Of a stretch of DNA of 64,000 nucleotides, positions 1 to 10,456 are shown in pieces. The first letter of the stretch is position 1; the number at the start of each line of letters is the position of its first letter. Source of the stretch: Trichoplax sp. H2 (taxonomy: Eukaryota); the NCBI GenBank assembly GCA_003344405.1, contig NOWV01000103.1, positions 186,001-250,000 of the forward strand. Reading direction: 5' to 3'. The notes beneath the pieces were generated by a model. That model was not told where the DNA came from. It did no database searches and worked only from the letters and a program-made list of their open reading frames with translations. The position numbers and the translations under genes are program-made.

Positions 1-74
1 AAAAAGTACAGCAGATAGCTCGGAAATATTCGTAACTTACTAAACAGATTAATTTAAGGGATTCGTACTTTACA

Positions 75-3000
75 TTAATCTGATTTTGATTTTGACTTAA
101 TCGCAAAATAGGCCAGAATTCCAGCAACAGTTGGCATATTCTATTGAAACAAATGACAGAAATTAGCTATTAAGGTTAAGGTTAATAAGAGTGATATCAG
201 GTGTATTTTAGACCAAAACATTTTTTAGACGATTAATACACATATCGTGAGACTTTTAGGGAGTGATGTATTTGGTAATTAGTATCACCTGAACGACGAG
301 ATATACAACCCCAACATATGCCGCAATTCCAATAGCTAGGAAGAGATCAAATAAAGCTGGCTTGACCCTACCAATGGTGTAATCGTAAAAATCCAGTCAA
401 TGTCACATGTAATGATTGTTTCATTAATAATATTCAACAAGGTATCTTGTATAAGAGCTTATTAGCTAAATATTACCTGTATGCATGTAACTGCATTAGT
501 GAAGAATCATAAAATATGAATTCCGGGTCCCTATGCAACATTTGAAACATTTCTTTATTAGTACGTTCATGTTATTAATTAAGTAAAGTATTACGCAGAA
601 AATACTATATAATCATCAATAAATCATTATAGTTATATGCAGTAACTTTAATTTATTGATCAAAAATTAATTGTACTTTTTATCAGGGCGCATGATAATT
701 TTTTTCACATCTTTTAGGTGGGCTGTCATGACCTAAGCAGTAATAAAATTAGTGTGTAAAAATTTTACTCGGCGGACAGAAATAATAAGTTAAAATCTTA
801 TGGTACCTGTTCAAAAGCGTTCAATAAATTATGATCTTTTCCGAATAATTGCGCTCCTCTGGGCTGCTTTGTAAGTTGATGCATCCAGGTTTCGATGAAA
901 TCACGATGTAATGACTTAAATAGAAATTGTACAAATTTGCATTAAATAGGTGGCATGCAATATCGATTAACCATCAAATATGCGTTAGATGAAGCAGTCA
1001 CTATACATATGTATTAACTCAGTACAAACCAATTCATCTGTTAATAATTGAAATTGCTGTTCTTGTAGCTACAAGTAACGATAAAAGTAGGAGATTCTTA
1101 AAAGGTAGGGTTATGACTGAAGTTATAATTATCAGCGAGATAAAGAGTGAACTATAAAATATTTCATTAAAATTTACCTGAGATGAAAGGTTAAATATAT
1201 AGCGTGCAACAGATTCTCCAATAAATTTTACATTTTTCTCAATGATATCAACATTGGCTTCGAATCTGCCGTGAGAAGGTGCTGATTAGCTATAAATTAT
1301 TACAATAGCATGATAACAAGTTAACTATTACATGATCGCTTAGACCACTAATGCTGACCTAGTATCCGAGATAGTTCGCCGTCCTTTATCTACGTGATGA
1401 TTAAAGTGTGAGATTGTTCCGGAAGGCAGACGTCTGAGTGAAAATCTTTCATGCTCCCAGGAAAGCAAATCCTCTCCTAAGTTAATCTTCTTATGTATCA
1501 TCGTGAAGTTGATTCCAAGCATTTCAGCAGTTTGTTTGAATTCCTATAACGGTTCATGATATAGTATTTGCTGATATTAGCGTGTAGACTTCACAAAAAT
1601 AATGCTAATCACGTATATAAATTAACCTTTACAAGAGCATAACCAGCAGTATCTTCCTTAGGTGGTTTCGATACATGGAGATGTAAATTTTCTGAACGAC
1701 CAATGGAATCGATACATACAACGTAGTCAACGTCGGTCAATAGGTTGGAATCTAGGTCACAAAGGATTCAGCGGAGATTACATCATAGTACGTATCTCTT
1801 TCCATTTATCAATCTACACTAATACCTGCAGAATCTAATTCTTCTTCAATCCACTTTTTTGTTCCGTGATAATTAAAATTTCCACCCGCCGTGAGGACAA
1901 AGAGTAAGTTGTATCTAATAGAAGATATGTCAGCGTCAATACTATTTATCGCTATCCATTAGTAAACTTATTCTTCACAAGAAATCATACCTTGATCGCA
2001 TTTTCCCAGATTTATACATACTGAAATATACAGAATATGGAATTAGGTAAATAATTAAACTTAAAACTCTTAAACACTATCATTGATCGAAGCAAATAAA
2101 ACCTTGAAAATAATCGAGCAAGTTCTAAAAGAGCAACAACACCACTACCGTTAGTATCATAACCGTACGCCAGTCCCTATTCGTGTTACATAAGCAATTG
2201 AAATAAGTTATATTAAATACATTACGACATAAAGTAACTCTTAAGTATCAACAATGAATCTAGAGTTGCAGAAGTGATACTTCAAATAATCATGTAATAG
2301 TATAATTGATAGCTGGAATAGATTTTATATATTGCATTAATGGTTCCTAATTTTATGTAACTGCTTTACTTGCAGCACTGAGATGTTGTTCATCACTATC
2401 TATGTCTATCAAAGGCGCAGTTTTAAAAAATAAACCGTATTTCATGGAAAGAATAGTTACATAAGCTCAAATTGTTAAACAGTCTTACAGGTGCGATTCC
2501 AAAAGAATCGTAGTGTGTTACAAATGCTATAGTAGGAAGTTGTTCTTCTATGCCAAATCCTATCAGCTTGCCCTAGAATGATACATAAGCAGACATAGCC
2601 CTTTATTATTATTTATCACTAAATGGAAAGTTTAACTAGCCAAAGTATCATTGTAATATACGTGATATTAAAGTACTAAATTATATATTGTAGTATGCAT
2701 GTTTTACTATAATATATTGAGAAACGCTCTAAATAAATAACTTACGTAAAAATTGACTAATTTTGCATCGCTGTCTGGTTTAGATTCTTTACCATCACTG
2801 TAGATTTGGTAACCAAAGCTTGCAACGGAATCAAGAATGGCTACGAAGAATTAAGGATAAATTAAATTAATTGAAATGTAAATGTTAGTACTGCAGTTCA
2901 ATCTTCTATTTGATAATTTAAGAGTTAGCATAAAATAGGACAAATTTCCACGTGACGTTCTTGACTATATGAAGAATAGTAAATAGGGATTATTACCTGC

Positions 3001-4208
3001 TATTGCTGTCGATCCAGAAGTGGCATCTGCAGACTGTTGTATTTCTGTATATATCGATGTTAAGTTTGCATCTTCAACGGTGAAATACACTGGTACGGGC
3101 ACTTCTTCTTCCATAATTTGGTGCTCTAATTCCAGCCAGTCCTACAAGGCGATAAATTTATTATATAAGCTACTGTATTTGCACACAGACACAGATGAAT
3201 ACATTTTTTCTCAAAAGCCAGCAGCTTTGATAAAGAGAAAATAAGGAATAAAATGCTTATTGGTCAAAGTTTTAGCCATAATCTTTTGTCGCATAGTCGT
3301 AGAGACTAAACAAAGGTATAATGTACATATCGTATTACTGTAAAAGAATTATTTTCCAGTGCTACGATACCTAGTTTATAATTATGATTAATATAGCAAT
3401 TGTTGGAGAGGTTGTAGGTTCATTGGAATCACTTTAAAGTTTACATTATGCCGATAGAGTAGGTTGTAAATTGAAAAGTCTCCTACTAGTTGACATTCTA
3501 CCGAATCGATGTCTAATGAAGCCTTAGGTAGGATTATTGATCAGTGTTAGAACCAAGCATACTATGCTACTACAGAGGTATTTGTTAACCTTTATGAAAT
3601 AATCATTAGGCCAATATTCAATCTAGCGCAGCCAGCACTATTTGTACAGTGTGCATACCTTTCTATTTTCCATGGGTGAGGTGTAGAATTCGGACGGTAA
3701 TAGTACAACTATCGCTCCAGCCCCATTATTGATTAGGGCTTGAAATTTATCTATGGTCAAATCGGCTATACGTATAAAAATGCATCGGCGTAGAATTAAA
3801 TCGGAATTTGCTAAACGTACTTCCATATTGACAAGAGCACTTTTACAGCCTGTTAAAAACAAAGTTGAATTCCAATTGAATGGTTTGATTGATTTATAAA
3901 ATTGCAATAAAAAAGGCATCATGAATTCAATCTTTTCAAAAAGAAAGAAGGGTATTAAGCATAGATAATCAAGATTAATCATTGTCATCATGAGGAAAAG
4001 TTAAAACGGTCAAAAACAGGATTTAAATATCAATATTATTCAAGGTAATACCATAAGATACTCCATGCAATTGATATTGCTGCATTCGAAAAGCTTGAAA
4101 AGCATATGAGCCATCACATGGAGTCATACAAGACATTACAATCACGACAGCTGTAAGGAAGGCTGTCAATGTCTTTGTCCAACTCATCATCATTGCATCC
4201 TTGGCCAT
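75..4208 (-). CDS. NCLN: Nicalin (nicastrin-like ER membrane protein, M28-like fold), about 17 exons
   Basis: Spliced exons read [25 protein letters not shown]...RRCIFIR...[10 protein letters not shown] (4052-4208, 3659-3849), [13 protein letters not shown] (2997-3141), [79 protein letters not shown] and [18 protein letters not shown]. The last exon (75-140) ends KSKSD*, a KxKxx ER-retrieval motif. All match nicalin motifs; introns are GT-AG. The start could be 4208 or 4214. Confidence 0.95.
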
Positions 4209-4379
4209 GAACATGAGTGTAAAGCTTGTTTTTGTAGTTAGCCAGACGAAAGCAAGAGCAATATAAAGCAATCAGCGGAACTGGTTAGGCATCTACTAGT
4301 CAAGGGATTGCAATTTCTTGCGACCTGGCCTGAATGGCTGAAGGAAAGGGAAGTGAACACGAATATGCAGCTCTATGCG

Positions 4380-4515
4380 TACTGTACATCCATTACAATG
4401 CTGTACTGTACACTGAGTGGACTGTACTGTACAGTACAGTACAGTACGTACAGTACAGTACAGTACATACAGTACAAGTACAGTACTGTATACTGTAAAG
4501 TACTAGGCGCACTGT
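4380..4515. promoter_or_regulatory. CAGTA/TACTG pentamer array upstream of NCLN (putative promoter element)
   Basis: Run ...ctgtactgtacagtacagtacagtacgtacagtacagtacagtacatacagtacaagtacagtactgtatactgta..., 170-300 bp upstream of the NCLN ATG. The array is seen directly; the promoter role is inferred. Confidence 0.55.
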
Positions 4516-4544
4516 AGCTTGTAGCCTTGATGGGCCATGTACAT

Positions 4545-5130
4545 GCGCTGTATGACTAGACTCTAGGGGCTAGAAGGGCTTACAACACTAAACATATTAG
4601 TATGCAACAGACTAAACCGAGAGTGAAGAGCAGACAACAATAGCACAAAGAAGCTCCGAGTGCCTGAGCATTACTGAGCATAGCCCAAAATCCTTGATAC
4701 ATTCTCTTTTCGTTTGGAAGTGCTTGTTTGTAGTATACACAGAAAGTTGTAGAGTTGGTAGTAAGAACATATATATGTTATATATATAGAATTCATATGA
4801 TCATAATATCATATTCCTTACAGAGGTAAAAATGGTCACCATACTGTACTGTACTGTACTGTGTACAGTACTGTATATGCGCTGTATGACTAGAACTCTA
4901 GGGCTAGAGGGGCCCGCAACACTACACATAATAGTATGCAACAGACTAAACGGAGAGTGAAGATCACACAACAGTAGCACAAAGTAGCTCCGAGTGCCTG
5001 AACATAACCCCAAAATCCTTGATACACTCTCTTTTCGTTTAGAAGTCCTTGTTTGTAGCATACACAGAAAGTTGTAGAGTGGGTAGCAAGAACATATAGA
5101 ATTCATACGATCATAATATCATATTCCTTA
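4545..5130. repeat. Diverged tandem duplication (about 4545-4820 and 4878-5130) containing an imperfect fold-back
   Basis: Both copies begin gcgctgtatgactag and end atcataatatcatattcctta, with colinear similarity between. Each is preceded by a TACTG/CAGTA array. Confidence 0.9.
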
Positions 5131-5509
5131 AATTCATACGTACTATATGGAGTAAGTGATTATTTCACGTTCTGATTGTGATAGACTGTCAGTACGTGTA
5201 CTGTGTCATGTTATGTAATATAGCGTAGAATAACTACAAGACCGGCGAATAAATTACTCACGATCAGTGTACGGGATATATACGTCAATTTCTTGTAAGA
5301 ACATATAGAATTCATACGATCATAATATCATACTCCTTAAATTCATACGTACTATATGGAGTAAGTGATTATTTCACGTTCTGATTGTGATAGACTGTCA
5401 GTACGAGTACTGTGTCATGTTATTTAATATACTGTAGAATAACTACAAGACCGGTGAATAAATTACTCACGATCAGTATACAGGATATATACAGTATGTC
5501 AGTTTCTTG
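5088..5509. repeat. 209-bp tandem duplication (5088-5296 and 5297-5509)
   Basis: aagaacatatagaattcatacgatcataatatcat...aattactcacgatcagt occurs twice at a 209-bp period with few substitutions. Confidence 0.92.
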
Positions 5510-6272
5510 CAAAGTACAAAATTCGGACAGTCAAATATGAATATACTGTATAGTATAGATAGAGATAATAATTTGACTATCAACTTCAGGTCAGACGTGA
5601 ATTCCATGGGAGATGAAACTTAATAGGTAGATGAATTGTTAAAATATTCATTTATCAGGTATAACATGCTTTATAATCGTACAATAGTTAGAGTACGATG
5701 AGATAATAGGCATGCTTTTTTTTATCTACTTCTTCGAGAATGACTATGCACTATAATAAAACAACCCCAAACGACCCTTCATACGCGTACGCGCATACTA
5801 TAATCTATATTTTATATTATGCATCACACCCAACTTAAATTCGCGGATATTCACTATATAAATGCAAAGCTAATCATTACTAATAAAAAATCGCTAAAAT
5901 AGAAATATACATGTGCTTAATTTATTTGGTATAATGTAAAGTTTTAGATGAACGGAAAAGCAATACACTGGAATTATTCAATCGTAATAATTATAATTGA
6001 TTCTATTTTAATTAGATTACATGTAATTATATGTATGCCATCAGAAAATTAAAAGAGCATCAGTAACTCAGTATCATCATATCTTACGATACACGACATT
6101 ACCGTACATTTTACATTTCATACGTAGGCTATAATTGTAATATTGTACAATGCAAATTCAGTATACCACCTTGTTATATTGCATATCAGTTTATCGTATT
6201 CTATGCATTCATAGCCAATATTTATATAATTGATACGACAGTACAATCACTTCAATAGTTGAGGATAGCAGA

Positions 6273-7845
6273 TTATTTATTCAATAACTTGCGGCTGTTT
6301 CTCCTAATATTTAATGATCTTTCTTGTACTTGGTTACTAATCCTACCGTTTAGTGTTGGGTCTGTAAAATAAGCTAAAATAAAAGCGAAACTTAAGTCCT
6401 CAGCGAAAATATATAGAAATTAAATTCACAATATAAGATAGTCGTGATATCGTAACTTAATATAGGCTAAATAGAATAAAGTAAAAGGATAACTTGATAC
6501 AGTATAATACGCGTATATTGCTGGTTTCTCGATTACGATAATTAATACATTGCAAATGAATGGAGTACAATATTGAATCTGACGCTCTTACATGCAATAA
6601 AAGTCTGTGGATCATCTGGCTGCTTGTTGAGAATGTCCCTGAGAAGAAATTAATAATAATTGATTTATTGAGCATAACTTAAAGTATAATACACTGAATA
6701 AAGTTGTACCTATTAAAATGCACCTGTTGTAGTAAGTTTATGTCAATTAATAACTATACTTTAATGAACAGCAAATAACTTTGCTTGTACTGCACATGTA
6801 TAATACGAAGGTTGCAAATGATCCAAATTTGTTATTGTTTAAAGTTATGGGCATAATTTCTATAAATAGACTAATAATTAAGCTATGAAGCTGCCTATAG
6901 TTGCAATCAATAAACTTATATCGTTAGAAGATATAAATTTCACATAAATACTGATGAAAAGCAAATGTAAAGAATCAGTCTATTGAGCGCAATAAAACGA
7001 TTATTCTGAACGTTTTGACGATGCAATTGCCACTACGTATTTGATTTCTGATGTAAATGTCGATAAACTGCTAATGTAAAGAAGTGTCTTTCTTGCTCTT
7101 ATTCCATTATAATTCTCTTTTCACTTTTATGAAGATACTCTAAATATTGGGGACTAACTATGTGTTCACGATTTACAACGCCGACGGTGCAAAAAATTAC
7201 AGCTTTCATAAACACTATTTTCAAACAGATTGCATAAAAATGCGATAAAAAATAATGTGCATACGGTAGATACATCCTTTATTTAATGAGTTGTATAGCA
7301 TAATTCTATGAAGTCTGATCTATAGTATGTCAGTATTTCAAAGTATTAAATACTATTTTATATTACTGTAATACAGTATTATGCTCGAGTCGCATATTGC
7401 CTTCGTGATGAAGACAGTACAATCTCGGTAATTTTCGTAGTGTAAGTACCTTTTAGCTATCAATTTTACTTTAGAGCTTCATACTAGAATGTAAATATAA
7501 TCGATAGCCTCATGGTTAATCTAGAAGGAAATTACCTCATTACACCAGCTGTCATTAGCTGTATTTCTGGATGCTTCCGAAAATAATGTTCGTTCTCTTG
7601 TCTGATTTTAATCTGTTAAATTATAATAATTATAGAAACAAGATAACTTTATGAAATCAAATTGTAACGAGTCGTTTTTTAAATAATAATGCTGTATAAT
7701 TTGAAGGAAAAATTTATCTATAGGCGGTTACTATCTATATATTACTGACTTTCAATTGATCCAATTTCTGTTGCTGTTCTTCAGATAACGCTCCAAGATC
7801 GTTCGATTCCCGACTGCTTATTTCAACACCCTCTTTTGCTTCCAT
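6273..7845 (-). CDS. RIIAD1: RIIa domain-containing protein 1, 4 coding exons, 106 aa
   Basis: Exons 7750-7845, 7536-7612, 6592-6638 and 6273-6373 splice in phase with GT-AG. Product: MEAKEGVEISSRESNDLGALSEEQQQKLDQLKIKIRQENEHYFRKHPEIQLMTAGVMRDILNKQPDDPQTFIASYFTDPTL..., matching the RIIAD1 pattern (DxGALSxxQxxxLxxxKIxxRxxNExYxRxHxE...PD...YFTDPxL). Confidence 0.88.
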
Positions 7846-8372
7846 TATACTGCTTACGGATATTATAATCCCTATAATATCGAGTTTAGAAATATTCCAA
7901 GTGTCAATTATTTCATATTTAAAGAAATTACTACGAAAGATGTGCTTTAAATATGTTATTGAACTAGCTGATGTAATGAATTTAAATTTGCAATCGTCTT
8001 AACATGATAGTTTAGCACTTACACGATTTCTGGTCTTTTGAGTTAAAAAACTATCAATCATTACTTACTTGTTTTTATGTAATTATTCCGTATAGGTATC
8101 CCAGAAATTCGAAATCACAGTCTAGCACATAGTATCCTTGAAGTTCATATAAAATGTAAACTGATCATCGAGTATCAGGTTGGTACTGCACTATTAGTAA
8201 GGATTAATTTTACAACTGTATGTACCTATGTACTCGTGTACTAACGCATACAGCGGATAAATTTACACTTTATTCTCTATGATGTATTTGCAGAATTGCA
8301 GTCTTCTATAGAAGTTATTCATATTTTGTTTTCACAGTTTAACAAAACATTCATAGATACTCTGCTTGCGCT

Positions 8373-8385
8373 GTTGCTATGATAC
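8373..8385. promoter_or_regulatory. RFX X-box-like site GTTGCTATGATAC upstream of RIIAD1
   Basis: 13-bp imperfect palindrome resembling GTTGCCATGGCAAC, about 530 bp upstream of the RIIAD1 ATG. Confidence 0.4.
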
Positions 8386-8506
8386 AGTTTATGGGATGAT
8401 TTACTTCGTACTGTATCTGGGACTACTACAAATGAAAGGTACTCATTACCGCACGGTACTAAACCACCCCACACAGTATTGAATAGTGCCTCACTACTAT
8501 ATAAAA

Positions 8507-9483
8507 CAATAATATGCAAATGCAGGCAGAAACTGTAGTAACAGTATTATACAGTAATTACTGTACTAGTTCTCTTAATATTATTAATATTAATTTCAAA
8601 TCGGCAGTAACTTAAACCTTTATAGCAAAAGATATTTTTATAAGTGAAATTGGACAAATTTACCACGTAATCAAATTGATAATAGGCTTGCATGCAAATG
8701 TATACTAATTAATATACAGTACACTATTGTGATATATACCAATCACGAAATTCCAATTTTTAGAAAAATAAGGGCTTTATTGAATCTTATACAAAGATTA
8801 ACTACACAGCTCTACTCTAGCCGAATACTACTTCTAAAGACTTCTAGAACGAACTAACAGAATAATCTAAAGTTGCATGCTTTTATACTTTTCGTAGCAT
8901 TCGCAGCTACAATCCGCATGGCAACCTTTTACCTTATTTTACACATAGTTAAATTATTCTTAGTAAGACTATTCTACTGCGGACCATCATTAATCCAATA
9001 TGGATACGACTACAGTACTTACGTAGACATTATTCACACCAGCCAAAGTACAATGAATTAACCATATCCTAATATATGATTTACAGTTCTATTTTTACCT
9101 ACAGCCATATTAGTAACTCAACAGCTTACTGTATATAGTCATCTGTACTCTAGCATAGAGTCTCTACCACTACAGTCTATAGTTACAGCTACCAAATATC
9201 TCTTAGGATAAATATCTACCGTACATTATACTACACATGGCTNNNNNNNNNNNNNNNNNNNNCAATAATATGCAAATGCAGGCAGAAACTGTAGTAACAG
9301 TATTATACAGTAATTACTGTACTAGTTCCCTTAATATTATTAATATTAATTTCAAATCGGCAGTAACTTAAACCTTTATAGCAAAAGATATTTTTATAAG
9401 TGAAATTGGACAAATTTACCACGTAATCAAATTGATAATAGACTTGCATGCAAATGTATATTTATTAGTATACAGTACACTAT
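8507..9483. other. Assembly gap (N 9243-9262) with a 221-bp duplicated flank (8507-8727 = 9263-9483)
   Basis: Near-identical sequence restarts immediately after the Ns, typical of uncollapsed haplotypes. Confidence 0.85.
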
Positions 9484-10456
9484 CTAGAGGTGGGCATCCA
9501 TAGGTAGCGTCGAGAATACTAAGAGAATTATGAAAGGCCTAGTGTATGAATTATGCGTACGAGTACTGTGCTTGTCTATCATACTCAGAGTAACAGTGGT
9601 ATGTAATCACAATATACTACTTTATTAATTATTGAAGTTTAAGGGATCGATTCTGTGTATCCTATTTCATAAAGATTCGAAATTTACCTTCTGCTTTTTG
9701 AAAAGCACCTACAACGCTCATACTTTGGGTTATTATCGTGAGGTTTTAGTTCATGCATAAAATGAACTATACACTTTGTAAGATAGTATTAACTGTAAAC
9801 AATAGTGATGCTGTAGTCAACTACGTACTCATACAATTACTCCAACAAACACGTTAATTAAGTAACTCTAATTATTTAAAGCTACAACATAATGCTTACA
9901 GAAGGTTAACTATTCTTAATAGCCATTTAGCGGATTTATAGCTAGGAAAATAGTCTTATATAGTCAGTAATAATACGATATCGGAGTTCTGTCTATATCA
10001 AATTAATCATAAATATTTGAGCATATTTTATTAATAGATTTGCTATGATAACAGTGTGAGTAACTAATTACCTTCACCAGTAATTATATGTAATAAATAT
10101 ATATTTATATATATAATGTATATAATTAATTAATTAATTATTCTGTATAAACTGATACTTTAAGTAATGGCAAATAAGTTCATCCATCATTTAGACTGTA
10201 CAGAATTCGAACTTACAAATTTATCTGATTCATTAGTATCATATTTATGAATCTTGGTAATAATAATTATAATTCTTCCTAACTCTGTTTTGTCGTTTGG
10301 TGCATTTACTGAAAATACTTGTATTTGATATCGGTAATCATGAAGGACGCTTGATAAGAGCGCTAAAGATTGTTGATGTTTGTGTATAACAGATAATACA
10401 ACATTTCTCAAGTTTAAAATTTCTATAAATTAATAAGTATTATATGATCTATAATA

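Noticed and set aside
5003-5016. cataaccccaaaat as a telomerase RNA template; U3-like start gactagaactctaggg
   Set aside because: Does not match CTAACCCTAA exactly and differs in the other copy. U3 box A and the other U3 boxes are absent.
4308-5106. ORFs 4308-4517 (+) and 4801-5106 (-)
   Set aside because: Translations of pentamer arrays and duplicated non-coding units.
4380-5509. Possible CRISPR-like repeat array
   Set aside because: Eukaryotic context, no constant repeat with unique spacers, no cas genes.
10081-10145. AT-rich palindromic run (taat)n/(ta)n
   Set aside because: Ordinary low-complexity sequence downstream of NAGLU.
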